Assembly: GCA_027490975.1 (NCBI GenBank)
Contig: JAIXXA010000166.1
Span: forward strand, 14,150-78,149
From: Rhodospirillaceae bacterium
GTDB taxonomy: Bacteria; Pseudomonadota; Alphaproteobacteria; CACIAM-22H2
Reading direction: 5' to 3'
Length of the DNA: 64,000 nucleotides
A model generated the notes under the pieces. It saw only the letters and a list, made by a program, of their open reading frames with translations, did not search any database and was not told the DNA's origin. Below, one piece after another: positions 33,771 to 43,344 of the stretch. A program made the translations under genes and the position numbers. Positions within the stretch are counted from its first letter, which is position 1; the number at the start of each line of letters is the position of its first letter.

Positions 33771-34799
33771 TTAGCTGCCGAGCCGGGGCAGCATGCGTTC
33801 GGCCTTCGGCGGCAGGAAGCGGTCGGTGTAGATCCGGGCCGGCGTCAGCGTGCTGTTCTTGACGTCGAACGCCTCGTTCACGATGCGGATGTTCTCGCGC
33901 ATCTTGTCTTCGCGCACGTCCGACATGCCGTTGGCCAGCGTGTGCGGCGTCATCACGAGTTCGCGCAAGGACAGCAGCAGGCGGTCGTATTCGAGGGCGA
34001 GGTCGACGAGCTGGTCGCGCGACTTGAGCGAAGCGACGGCTTCGCGCGGATTGAGGATCGACTCCTTCATGCCGCGATTGATGGCCCGCACCATGGCGGC
34101 CACGGTGCGCGGGTTCTTGGCGGCGAAATCCTGCGTCGTGTAGATGGCCGACGAATAGACGTCGACGCCGAATTCGCGGTAGCGGAACGTGACGATGTCC
34201 TCGTCCTTGGCCCCCAGCGCCTTCAGCGAGAAGATGCCCGAGGTGATGAAGCCCGTGATCGCGTCGACCTCGCCGCGATACAGCATCGGCTCGCGCAAGG
34301 GCGCGTTCATCGTGACCCATTCGATCTTGGCGGGATCGAGCTTCTGGGCCTGCACGAGAGCCGGGAACATCTGGCGCCCGGCATCGACCGTGGGGGCGCC
34401 GAGCTTGCGGCCTTCGAGCTGCTTCAAGTTCGTGATGCCCGTCCGCTTCAGCGTCATCACGGCAAGGGCGGCCTGCTCGTAGGCGATGTAGACGGCGGTG
34501 AGTTCGCGGCCCGGATTTTCGGCCGAAAATTTGATCATCGGGTTGATGTCGCCGAAGCCCATGTCGTAGGCGCCCGACGCGATGCGCGTGACCGTGTCGC
34601 CCGAGCCCATGCCGCGGTCGATCGTGACGTTGAGGCCTTCCTGGCGGAAGAAGCCCTTCTCGGCGGCGTAGGTGAACACCGATTGCGGCCCCTGGAAGGC
34701 CCAATCGAGCGACAGGCGAACGTTCGGCTGTTCCGGCGCTTGCGCCAGAACGGGGGATGCCAGCGCCAAGGCGGCGGCGACAAAAAACGCGGTTTTCAT
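33771..34799 (-). CDS. NMT1/THI5-like ABC substrate-binding protein (no adjacent permease or ATPase)
   Basis: Signal peptide, LDW..QGP, GFFRQEGLNV, G.GSGD. Confidence 0.85.
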   Translation of the reverse strand: MKTAFFVAAALALASPVLAQAPEQPNVRLSLDWAFQGPQSVFTYAAEKGFFRQEGLNVTIDRGMGSGDTVTRIASGAYDMGFGDINPMIKFSAENPGRELTAVYIAYEQAALAVMTLKRTGITNLKQLEGRKLGAPTVDAGRQMFPALVQAQKLDPAKIEWVTMNAPLREPMLYRGEVDAITGFITSGIFSLKALGAKDEDIVTFRYREFGVDVYSSAIYTTQDFAAKNPRTVAAMVRAINRGMKESILNPREAVASLKSRDQLVDLALEYDRLLLSLRELVMTPHTLANGMSDVREDKMRENIRIVNEAFDVKNSTLTPARIYTDRFLPPKAERMLPRLGS

Positions 34800-34904
34800 C
34801 GACAAATCTCCTGAATCGGGGGCCCGGTCGGGGGAGCGGCGGGGGCCGACCCGCAGCGCCAGACGCATGCAAAAAACGGGACAGTTTTTATCGCGCAAAG
34901 CCCC

Positions 34905-34930
34905 GTAACCTACAGCGCTGCGCTGTCGAA
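34905..34930 (+). promoter_or_regulatory. SigF (ECF16)-type promoter
   Basis: GTAACC-N16-CGAA, matching the Caulobacter sigmaF consensus, upstream of the sigF-nrsF unit. Confidence 0.8.
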
Positions 34931-34989
34931 ACGAGGGTGTGCCGGCGCGCAAAACGCGCCTCGTTTTCGCCAAAGATGGAGAATCCATC

Positions 34990-35166
34990 GTGGAAATCGT
35001 CAATGGCGTACCGTGCTTCAACTGCACGGACGTCGAAAAAGCCAAAAAAGCGGCCACCGAACCGCCGCCGCCCGAAACCCAGATTGCGGCCGCACGGACC
35101 TTCGCGAGCGCCAATGCGCCGCTCGGCGCGGGCCCGCGCGGGACCCAGGTGAATTTCGGCGCCTGA
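34990..35166 (+). CDS. Small CxxC protein (about 58 aa)
   Basis: GGAGA RBS, GTG start, MEIVNGVPCFNCTDVEKAKK; lies between the sigmaF promoter and sigF. Confidence 0.65.
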   Translation: MEIVNGVPCFNCTDVEKAKKAATEPPPPETQIAAARTFASANAPLGAGPRGTQVNFGA

Positions 35167-35217
35167 CCCTGGCGAAGCCGCAGTTTGCGTCGCGCAAATA
35201 TGCCATGGTACCCGGCG

Positions 35218-35784
35218 ATGGACAGCGATTCGTGGCCCGAATTGATGGGACGTGCGCAGGCCGGCGATGCGGCCGCGTATCGACGGTTCCTGTCCGAAGT
35301 GCTGCCGTTTTTGCGCATCGTGATCGGGCGGACCGGCATTCCGTTCGACCAGATCGAAGACGTGGCGCAGGAAACGCTGATCAGCCTGCACGCGATCCGC
35401 CACACTTACGATACGGGCCGGCCCATCAAACCGTGGCTGGTGGCGGTGGCACGGCGGCGGGCCGTCGACTGGCGGCGGCGACACAATTCCGCCAATCGCC
35501 ACGAAACGCCGCTCGACGACGCGACGCACGAAACTTTTGCCGACCCGCTCGCGAACCGTGACAACGAGAAGTCGGAAGCGGCTGCTTCGATCCGACGCTG
35601 GTTGGCGCAATTGCCGGCAGGACAGCGCCAGGCGGTCGAGCTTTTGAAACTGCGGGAACTCAGTCTGAACGAAGCGGCGGCCGCATCGGGACAATCCGTC
35701 GGCGCTTTGAAGGTTGCGACCCACCGAGCCCTTGCAAGTCTGCGCAAGATTTGGAAACGCGAAGAAAAAGACCAGGACCGATGA
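35218..35784 (+). CDS. sigF: ECF sigma factor, SigF/ECF16-like
   Basis: AQAGDAAAY, EDVAQETLISLHAIRHTYD...PWL, ALKVATHRAL; coupled to a DUF1109 gene. Start may be 35200. Confidence 0.85.
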   Translation: MDSDSWPELMGRAQAGDAAAYRRFLSEVLPFLRIVIGRTGIPFDQIEDVAQETLISLHAIRHTYDTGRPIKPWLVAVARRRAVDWRRRHNSANRHETPLDDATHETFADPLANRDNEKSEAAASIRRWLAQLPAGQRQAVELLKLRELSLNEAAAASGQSVGALKVATHRALASLRKIWKREEKDQDR

Positions 35785-36425
35785 CACCCACCGACAAACT
35801 CATCGCCGCCTTGAGCGAAGCGGTCGCGCCCGTCAAGCGCCTGCCGTCGCCGGAAGTGCGGGCGGGCAAGTGGCTGGCCTTTGCCGCTTGCGTCGTCGGC
35901 GTTTTGGTGGCGATGCACGGGCCGCGCGCGGATCTTGCCATTCGCTTTGCGGATCCGGCTTTCGTCGTGCCGTGGACCGCGTCGGTGCTGGTCGGGCTCA
36001 CCGCCGCCTTCGCTGCGTTCCAGATGTCGGTGCCGGGCGGCAAGCGCACCCTCGAGTTGCTGCCGATTCTGCCGCTTGCCGTGTGGCTCGGCACGCTCGG
36101 GACAGGCTGTGCGGCCGAGCTGTCCGACATGGGGCGCGCGGCTTTCGGCATGAGCTGGGTGTGCTTCAAGTTCATTGTGCTGACCGGTTCCGCGCTCGGG
36201 CTTGCGATGGCGCTGATGCTGCGCAAAGCAGCGCCGCTCGCCCCCTCGCGCACGCTCGCCATGGGCGCTTTGGCGGCGGCGGCCTTCGCCTCGGCCGGGC
36301 TCGAGCTGTTCCACCCTCTGCAGACATCGACGATGGTGCTGGTCTGGCACTTGGGCTCGGTCGCGTTCGTGACCCTGGCGGCCCTGCCGCTTGGCCAGCG
36401 CGCCCTGGGCAAGTCGGCCTACTGA
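35781..36425 (+). CDS. nrsF: NrsF/DUF1109 membrane anti-sigma factor
   Basis: TDKLIAAL start, about six transmembrane segments, SVPG, C-terminal WH; ATGA overlap with sigF. Confidence 0.82.
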   Translation: MTPTDKLIAALSEAVAPVKRLPSPEVRAGKWLAFAACVVGVLVAMHGPRADLAIRFADPAFVVPWTASVLVGLTAAFAAFQMSVPGGKRTLELLPILPLAVWLGTLGTGCAAELSDMGRAAFGMSWVCFKFIVLTGSALGLAMALMLRKAAPLAPSRTLAMGALAAAAFASAGLELFHPLQTSTMVLVWHLGSVAFVTLAALPLGQRALGKSAY

Positions 36426-37378
36426 GCGTCGAACGCGGTGCGCAGATGGCTTGCCGTGGCGGCGATCGCCGCGCGCGCCGCCGCCGAAGCCGACGACAAA
36501 ATCGCAAAGCCATGGTTGGCGCGCGGAAATTCCACGTAGGCCGTGTCGATGCCCGCTGCCAGCAGCAGATCGCGCATGCGGCGGCTGTCGTCGCGCAAGG
36601 GATCGAGACCGGCCGCCAGCAGGAACGGCCGCTTGAGAAAGGCCAGATAGTTCGCCGGCGCCCGCGCCGGGGCCACCAGCGCATCGCGCCGCCGCGTGGG
36701 ATCGGCGCAGTACAAAGACCAGTAGATCGCCATGCTGGCGCGCGACAGGCCGTAGCGACCGTCGCCGCGCATCAAGTAGGAAACCGTGTCGAGATCGCTG
36801 TCGAGCACGCCGTAGATCGAAGCGACGACGATCGGCAACGGCTTGCCCGCCGCCCCCACCGCCATCGCAGCGGCAAACGCAATCGTCGCGCCGGCCGAGT
36901 CGCCGGCCAGGCCGAGCCTGTCCATGCGCACGGGAAAGCCCAGAATGTCCGGATTGGCGGCAAGCCAATCCAAAACCTCGAGCGTGTCCTCGAGCGCTGC
37001 GGGATAGGGATGCTCGGGCGCTTTGCGATAGCCGATACTCAAAAACGCAAGACCCGAGGCGGCCGCCAAAGCGCGCGTCAGCCGGTCGTGCGTGTCGAGG
37101 CTGCCGATGACCCAACCGCCGCCGTGGAGATACAGCACGAGTCCTTCGGCCGGCAACTTCGGCACATAGAGCCGGACGTTCAGCACCCGGTCCGGCAGGG
37201 CGATCGCGATGTCGCGCTGGATCGCCATTTGCGGCCCGCCGACATTCCAGGGGGCGCGGCGGCGCTCCTGCTCGGCTCGGGCGGCAACGGGGTCGCCGGG
37301 CAGATGCGCCGGGGCAGGGCCAAAGCGTTGCAAATCCAACGCAAGGGCGGCTTCAATCTCAGGGTCGAGCGTGCTCAT
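36419..37378 (-). CDS. HSL-family esterase (alpha/beta hydrolase)
   Basis: HGGGW, YRKAPEHPYP, GDSAG, DPLRD, HGF. Confidence 0.92.
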   Translation of the reverse strand: MSTLDPEIEAALALDLQRFGPAPAHLPGDPVAARAEQERRRAPWNVGGPQMAIQRDIAIALPDRVLNVRLYVPKLPAEGLVLYLHGGGWVIGSLDTHDRLTRALAAASGLAFLSIGYRKAPEHPYPAALEDTLEVLDWLAANPDILGFPVRMDRLGLAGDSAGATIAFAAAMAVGAAGKPLPIVVASIYGVLDSDLDTVSYLMRGDGRYGLSRASMAIYWSLYCADPTRRRDALVAPARAPANYLAFLKRPFLLAAGLDPLRDDSRRMRDLLLAAGIDTAYVEFPRANHGFAILSSASAAARAAIAATASHLRTAFDAQ

Positions 37379-37514
37379 AGCCGAAAAAATTGCCACAAGC
37401 GGACGGGCAAATTCAACGGTATCATTTTACGCAAGACCCCTTGAAACGCCGCCGGTGCGGCATCACTTGTACAGCGTCCAAGCGGCTATTTCGCATCGAG
37501 CGGCAGACCGGCCC

Positions 37515-37709
37515 ATGACGCCCAGATTCCAAGCAACACTCGCCGTTCTCGGCAATGCCCATCCGGTCGTGCGCGATCTTGCGCGCGCCCAACGCAGCGG
37601 CGATGCGCTCGACGAACTGATCGTCGAGGCGGGCCTTGCCGAATTGCCGCCGGCCGAGCGCAATGCGATCGACGAGATCGCGCGCTACATCGCCGCAAAG
37701 ATGCATTAA
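37515..37709 (+). CDS. Small hypothetical protein (64 aa)
   Basis: Fills the intergenic gap with host-like codon usage; its stop overlaps the ccoS stop. Confidence 0.5.
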   Translation: MTPRFQATLAVLGNAHPVVRDLARAQRSGDALDELIVEAGLAELPPAERNAIDEIARYIAAKMH

Positions 37710-37888
37710 CGCGGGCGTCGACCTCGGGGCTTGCGCGGCGGCAGCGGCACGTCGTCGTCATAGAGGATGCGGTTGGCCGCCCCTTCCATGTCGTCGTACT
37801 GGCCGCTGCGCAGCGACCACAGGAACGCCGCCAGCCCCACGCCTGCCGCCAGCAGCGATACCGGGATCAAGATCAGCAGCGATTCCAT
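37706..37888 (-). CDS. ccoS: cbb3 oxidase maturation protein CcoS/FixS
   Basis: LLILIPVSL...WSLRSGQYDDMEG. Confidence 0.93.
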   Translation of the reverse strand: MESLLILIPVSLLAAGVGLAAFLWSLRSGQYDDMEGAANRILYDDDVPLPPRKPRGRRPR

Positions 37889-40254
37889 TACGTCTCCCCC
37901 TTGGCGCGCGACAGCCGCAGCGCATTGGCGACCACGACCAGCGACGAGCTCGACATCAAAGCCGCCGCGATCGGCGGCGTGACCATGCCAAGCATCGCGA
38001 GCGGTACGGCCACCGCATTGTAGAGAATCGAAAACGCGATGTTCTGGCGCATGAGCCGCCGCGCTTGCCGGGCGGCCGCGAGCAGGATCGCCACCGCAAC
38101 GAGCCCGCGCCCTTGGAACACGGCATCGGCGGCAACTTGGGCAACGTCGGTGCCGGACGCGGGCGACAAAGATGCGGATGCGGCCGCCAAGGCCGGCGCA
38201 TCGTTGAGGCCGTCGCCGACCATCAGCACTTTGCGGCCCCTCGCCCTATACTGCGCCAAATGCGCGGCCTTGCCGGCCGGATCGACTCCGCCATGCCAAT
38301 CGCGGATACCGAGCTTGCTTGCGACGTCGGCGACCACTTCGGCGCGGTCGCCGGACAGCAACGCAACGCCATAGCCCTGCGCCTGCAGCGCCGCGACCGT
38401 CGCCGACGCATCGTCGCGCAGCGCATCGTCGAAGGCGAAACGCACGGCGCGGCCGTCGCCGGGGGCAAACCAAATCTCCGGCCCGTCGGCAGGCCCTGCG
38501 GCTGCATCGTCGATGCCGCAATAGCGGCGACTGCCGAGCCGCATGCCGCCGCAGCTGAGCCCCAAGCCCGGATGCTCGACCACGCCTGCCGCCATCGGCT
38601 GGTCGGGGCAGGAGGCGGCCAAGGCGCGCGCCAGCGGATGGCGCGAGACGGTCGCCAGGCTTGCCGCCAAGGGGAGCAAGGCCGGATCGCGCGAAGGATC
38701 AGGGCGCAGCACGAGCTGGCCTTGCGTGAGCGTGCCGGTCTTGTCGAACACGACCATGTCGATATCGGCTAAACGCTCGAGCCCCGTCGCGTTCTTGAGA
38801 AGGATGCCGCTCTTGAGCAGACGGCCGGTTGCGACCGTCTGCACGGCCGGAACGGCGAGGCCCAACGCGCACGGGCAGGTGACGATCAACGTCGCCACCG
38901 CATAGAGCATAGCGACCTGCCACTCCACGCCGACGCCGAAATGCCAGGCCAGGAAGGTTGCAAGGGCTGTGGCATGCACGACCGGCGCATAGCTGCGCGT
39001 CACACGCTCGGCCAGCGCCACATAACGCCCGCGCGAACGCTCGGCCGCCTCGACAAGGCGCACGATCTCGGCGAGCAGCGTGCCTTCGCCGGTTGCGGTC
39101 GCAACAATGCGCAAGCCCGCCCCGAGATTGACCATGCCTGCAAACACCTGGGCACCCGGCGCCACGGCCTGCGGCACGGCCTCGCCCGTGACGAGGGCGG
39201 CATCGACGAGCGACTGGCCCGAAACGACGCGCCCGTCGATACCGATGCGCTCGCCCGACGCCACATAGACGGTCTGGCCGGGTGCGACCGCATCAGCGGC
39301 CATGCTGCGCAAAACGCCCGACGCATCGACGACCGTGACCGGCCGCACGGCCAAAGCCAGCAGTTGGGTTGCCGTCGCCCGCACTTTGCCGCGCGCGCGC
39401 GCATCGAGATAGCGGCCCGCCAGCAGGAAGAACAGCAGCGTGAGGGCTGCATCGAAATAGGCGTAGGGTCCGCCGCGCAGCGTTTCGGACAGGCTCATCG
39501 CGGCCGTCATCGTCACGCCCACCGCGATCGGCACGTCCATGTTGAGGCGCTTGGCGCTTAGAGCGCTCCAAGCCGAGCGGTAGAAGGGCAGGCCCGCATA
39601 GAAGATGCACGGCAGGCCGATCAGCGCCGACACCCAATGCAGCAGATCCTTGGTTGCCGGGCCCATATCGACGCCGACCCATACGGCGACCGACAGCATC
39701 ATCACATTGCCGGCGCCGAAGCCCGCGATGCCGAGCGCTTTCAACAGCCGCGACTCTTCGATCTCGGCGACCGTGCCGAGACAGCCCGGATCGTACGGAA
39801 CCAGCCGGAAGCCGAGCCGCGCGATGCTCCCGACAAGTTCGCCGGCGCGTGCGGCATCGCCGCGCCATTTGAGAACCATGCGGCCGGTCGAAAGATTGAC
39901 GCGCGCATCGGCCACGTCCGCGTCGCGCGCATAAACGCTTTCGATCAGCCATGCGCAGGCCGCACATTGCAGCCCATCGACCATCAGATGCAGCGTGGCC
40001 AACCCGTCCGCCGACAGCTGCACGCGCTGCGCATAATCGAAGTCGGGCGTGGGCTCCGGCCGCAATTTGCGGGCTGATTCAGCAAGCGTACGGCGGCGAT
40101 AGAAAGCATCGAGGCCCAAGCCTTGCACCGCCGCGTAGGCCGCCTCGCAGCCCGTGCAGCAGAAACGCGCATGTTTTTCGGCAACCGGGCTTGCGCAATG
40201 CAAGCACGTCGCGGTCTGCGCAACGATCTCGGTCGAGCCGTCGAGGGGTGCCAT
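37888..40254 (-). CDS. ccoI: Cu-transporting P1B-ATPase CcoI/FixI
   Basis: CxHC...FCCxGC, CAAC, TGE, CPCALG, DKTGT, GDGLND. Confidence 0.94.
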   Translation of the reverse strand: MAPLDGSTEIVAQTATCLHCASPVAEKHARFCCTGCEAAYAAVQGLGLDAFYRRRTLAESARKLRPEPTPDFDYAQRVQLSADGLATLHLMVDGLQCAACAWLIESVYARDADVADARVNLSTGRMVLKWRGDAARAGELVGSIARLGFRLVPYDPGCLGTVAEIEESRLLKALGIAGFGAGNVMMLSVAVWVGVDMGPATKDLLHWVSALIGLPCIFYAGLPFYRSAWSALSAKRLNMDVPIAVGVTMTAAMSLSETLRGGPYAYFDAALTLLFFLLAGRYLDARARGKVRATATQLLALAVRPVTVVDASGVLRSMAADAVAPGQTVYVASGERIGIDGRVVSGQSLVDAALVTGEAVPQAVAPGAQVFAGMVNLGAGLRIVATATGEGTLLAEIVRLVEAAERSRGRYVALAERVTRSYAPVVHATALATFLAWHFGVGVEWQVAMLYAVATLIVTCPCALGLAVPAVQTVATGRLLKSGILLKNATGLERLADIDMVVFDKTGTLTQGQLVLRPDPSRDPALLPLAASLATVSRHPLARALAASCPDQPMAAGVVEHPGLGLSCGGMRLGSRRYCGIDDAAAGPADGPEIWFAPGDGRAVRFAFDDALRDDASATVAALQAQGYGVALLSGDRAEVVADVASKLGIRDWHGGVDPAGKAAHLAQYRARGRKVLMVGDGLNDAPALAAASASLSPASGTDVAQVAADAVFQGRGLVAVAILLAAARQARRLMRQNIAFSILYNAVAVPLAMLGMVTPPIAAALMSSSSLVVVANALRLSRAKGET

Positions 40255-40271
40255 GGCGCCTTGCCTTTCGG

Positions 40272-40748
40272 TCAGCGCACCACGAAGCGCAAGGCTTCGT
40301 GCGCGCGCGCTTCGCCGCGCGTGGCGGCAACGCGCACTTCCCATTGACCGGGCGCGACGAGATCGACCGGGGCACGGTAGACGCCCGGCGCAACCGCGCC
40401 GAACGAAAGCCGCGTATCGGCAATCTCGCCCAAAGGGCGCACCAGCGTCCCGGTCAGGGTGAGATCCTCGATCGCGGCGCCGCGTGCATCGGCGATACGC
40501 ATTTCGACCGAAGCGTCGACATAGCGCAGCGCAAAGCGCCAGCCGAGTCCGTGGGCTTTCTCCTCGGCCTGCAGAACTTGATTGAATTTCCGACCGCGCT
40601 CGGAGGGGTTTTCGTAGGCCAGGCCCGGCCAGCTCGCGAGTGCGAAATAGACGAGCACGACGTTGGCCGCCAGCACGACCGCGAACATGGCCGGAAAGAC
40701 AAGCCACAGATAACGATTGCGAAGATCGACGGCGGATTGCGCATGCAT
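40272..40748 (-). CDS. ccoH: CcoH/FixH
   Basis: Single transmembrane segment, WPGL, GQWEV; lies between ccoG and ccoI. Confidence 0.88.
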   Translation of the reverse strand: MHAQSAVDLRNRYLWLVFPAMFAVVLAANVVLVYFALASWPGLAYENPSERGRKFNQVLQAEEKAHGLGWRFALRYVDASVEMRIADARGAAIEDLTLTGTLVRPLGEIADTRLSFGAVAPGVYRAPVDLVAPGQWEVRVAATRGEARAHEALRFVVR

Positions 40749-40759
40749 GGGTTGGCTCC

Positions 40760-42259
40760 CTATTGCGGCGGGGCGATGAAAACGGTCTCGCGTTCGGCTT
40801 GGTCGCGCCCGTCGGCGGCGCGCAGTTTGAATTCGATGTGCGTCGATTCGTGTTTCGTCGAAGCGCCGTCCGGCAAGGTCACGAACACGCGATAGCTCGC
40901 AACCTGGTCGGGCTTGGCCGACAGCACAAGCCTGTCGGCAGCGCCGTCGCCGCCCACCATCGAGAGCCGTGCGCCCGGCAGGTCTTCGAGGGTGAGCGTG
41001 TAGTCGCGCTGGGCATGGGTCTTGTTCAGCACGTGCACCGTGTAGGCGTTGCGCACGCTGCCGTCGACGAGCCGCACGAACAGCGGATTGCGATCGCGCT
41101 GGACGGTGAGTTCGACCGTGCTGCGCAGCACGACGCCGACGAGCATGATGCTGCCGACGATAACGAGCAGCACCGCGTAGAGAACGGTGCGCGCGCGAAT
41201 CAGGCGATGGACGGGCTTGCCGCCTTCGGCGCGTGCGCGCTGGTTGTCGAGCGTGTCAAAGCGGATGAGGCTGCGCGGCCGGCCGACCTTGTCCATGACC
41301 GCGTTGCACGCATCGATGCACAGACCGCAGCCGATGCATTCGAGCTGCTGGCCGTCGCGAATGTCGATGCCGGTCGGGCAGGTGGCAACGCACGCGTTGC
41401 AATCGACGCAGTCGCCGCGCCCGACAAACGGGTCCGACCCATCCGGCCTTTTGGCAAGCCGCCCGCGCGGCTCGCCGCGCCAATCCTCGTAGGTGACGAC
41501 GTAGGACCGATCGTCGAGCATCGCACTTTGGAAGCGCGGCCACGGGCACATATAGGTGCACACCTGTTCGCGCGCGAAACCGGCCAGCACGTAGGTCGTG
41601 GTCGCAAAAAGGCCGACGAAGAAATATTCCGACGCCGAAGCGCGACCGGTGAAGAGTTCGGCCAGCAACGTCGGCGCATCGCCGAAAAACAGGATGCAGG
41701 CCCCGCCCGTCGCCAGCGACAGCACGATCCAGCTTGCGTGCTTTGCCGTTCGCTTGGCGAATTTGCCGAGCGAGGCGGGGGCGGCGTCGAGACGGATGCG
41801 CGCGTTGCGGTCGCCCTCGATCCAGCGTTCGACCAGCATGAAAAGATCAGTCCACACGGTCTGCGGGCAGGCATAGCCGCACCAGATGCGCCCGAACAAC
41901 GCCGTCGCCAGAAACAGGCCGAAAGCCGCCAACACCAGAATGCCGGTCAGGAAATAGACTTCCTGCGGCCAGATTTCGAGGAAGAAAAAATAGGCGCGAC
42001 GGCCCGGCAGATCGATCAGGATCGCCTGGTTGGGCGCGAAGGATCCGCGATCCCAGCGCAGCCAGGGTGCGATGTAGTAGACCGCAAGGCACGCGGCCAG
42101 CATGGCCCATTTGATGTTGCGGTAGATGCCCGAGACGTTCTTGGGATGGACCTTGATACGGCTCGCATAGAGCGGCATCGCCGCCTTCTGCGTCTTGATC
42201 GAAACTGCAGAGTCGATCTCCGGCGTATGTGCCGGGCCCTGAGCCACACCGCCGTCCAT
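40760..42259 (-). CDS. ccoG: CcoG/FixG 4Fe-4S cupric reductase
   Basis: GRIWCGYACPQT, CTYMCPWPRFQ, CVDCNACVATCP, CIGCGLCIDAC. Confidence 0.95.
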   Translation of the reverse strand: MDGGVAQGPAHTPEIDSAVSIKTQKAAMPLYASRIKVHPKNVSGIYRNIKWAMLAACLAVYYIAPWLRWDRGSFAPNQAILIDLPGRRAYFFFLEIWPQEVYFLTGILVLAAFGLFLATALFGRIWCGYACPQTVWTDLFMLVERWIEGDRNARIRLDAAPASLGKFAKRTAKHASWIVLSLATGGACILFFGDAPTLLAELFTGRASASEYFFVGLFATTTYVLAGFAREQVCTYMCPWPRFQSAMLDDRSYVVTYEDWRGEPRGRLAKRPDGSDPFVGRGDCVDCNACVATCPTGIDIRDGQQLECIGCGLCIDACNAVMDKVGRPRSLIRFDTLDNQRARAEGGKPVHRLIRARTVLYAVLLVIVGSIMLVGVVLRSTVELTVQRDRNPLFVRLVDGSVRNAYTVHVLNKTHAQRDYTLTLEDLPGARLSMVGGDGAADRLVLSAKPDQVASYRVFVTLPDGASTKHESTHIEFKLRAADGRDQAERETVFIAPPQ

Positions 42260-42290
42260 CTTGGTCACGTCCTTGGCACCGCGCGCGGTC

Positions 42291-43160
42291 TCATTTGCCG
42301 CCGCCCAGCGCATGCACATAGACCGTCAGCATTTTGATGCGCGCGGCGTCGAGCCGCTCGGACCAAGCCGGCATCGCGCCCGCGCGCGAGTTCGTGATCG
42401 TCTCGACGAGCGTGGCCTTATCGCCGCCATAGAGCCAGATATTGGCGGCAAGGCTGGGCGCGCCCATTTCGGGATTGCCGACCCCGCCTTGCAGATGGCA
42501 GGCCTCGCAGTTTTCGCTGAAGACCACGGCCCCGCGTTCGACGGCGGCGGCGTTGCGCGAACGGCGCGACAGCGACAGCACATATTCGGCGACGTCGTCG
42601 ATCTGCTTTGCGTCGAGGATCTTGTCGGCACCGAAGCGCGGCATCTGCGCGATGCGCGAGTCGGGGTTGGAATTGCGAATGCCGTTCTGGATCGTGGTGT
42701 GGATGTCGTCAAGCGTACCGCCCCAGATCCAGTTGTCATCGACGAGATTGGGGAAGCCCTTGCTGCCCGCAGCCCCGGCCCCGTGGCACGGCGCGCAATT
42801 GACGGCGAACACCGAACGGCCGCCGGCAATCGCGAAATTGCGCAGGTCGGTCGATTTGGCAATGTCTTCGAGGCTTGCCGCGCCGATGCGGTTCACGAAC
42901 GGCGCTTGCGCCGCAGCGGCTTGTGCAAGACTTTCGGAAATCTCGCCGCGCATCGTCCAGCCCAGCACGCCCGCCGTATGGCCCGAGAGGCCGGGCCACG
43001 CCGGATAGAGCACGAAATAGCCGAGCGCCCAGAGGATCGTGGCGTAGAAGGTGTAGAGCCACCATTTGGGCAGCGGCGTGTTGAGCTCCTTGATGCCGTC
43101 CCATTCGTGGCCGGTGGTGTCGGTTCCGGTGACGGCGTCTTTTTCGATTTTGGTCGGCAT
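42291..43160 (-). CDS. ccoP: cbb3 cytochrome c oxidase subunit III
   Basis: TTGHEWDGIKELNTPLPKWW, CAPCH, CEACH. Confidence 0.96.
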   Translation of the reverse strand: MPTKIEKDAVTGTDTTGHEWDGIKELNTPLPKWWLYTFYATILWALGYFVLYPAWPGLSGHTAGVLGWTMRGEISESLAQAAAAQAPFVNRIGAASLEDIAKSTDLRNFAIAGGRSVFAVNCAPCHGAGAAGSKGFPNLVDDNWIWGGTLDDIHTTIQNGIRNSNPDSRIAQMPRFGADKILDAKQIDDVAEYVLSLSRRSRNAAAVERGAVVFSENCEACHLQGGVGNPEMGAPSLAANIWLYGGDKATLVETITNSRAGAMPAWSERLDAARIKMLTVYVHALGGGK

Positions 43161-43173
43161 CTGCAAGGTTCCT

Positions 43174-43329
43174 TCAGATACGGTCGTCGCGCAGCGGGAT
43201 CTGGGCTTGGTGGTCCATGCGCGCCTTGTGTTTGGGCCAATAGACCCAGGCGAGCATCGCCACGAAGAACAGGAAGAACCACACGGTCGAAACCGTGCCG
43301 AGAATCCCCATGAGTTGGGCTTGGTCCAT
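43174..43329 (-). CDS. ccoQ: cbb3 cytochrome c oxidase subunit IV
   Basis: 51 aa MDQAQLMGILGTVSTVWFFLFFVAMLAWVYWPKHKARMDHQAQIPLRDDRI; too short for the ORF track. Confidence 0.9.
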   Translation of the reverse strand: MDQAQLMGILGTVSTVWFFLFFVAMLAWVYWPKHKARMDHQAQIPLRDDRI

Positions 43330-43344
43330 CGGTCGGTCGCCTTT

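Noticed and set aside
34868-34884. Sigma54 promoter for the NMT1-like gene
   Set aside because: The -24 element reads TGTC and lacks the invariant GG.
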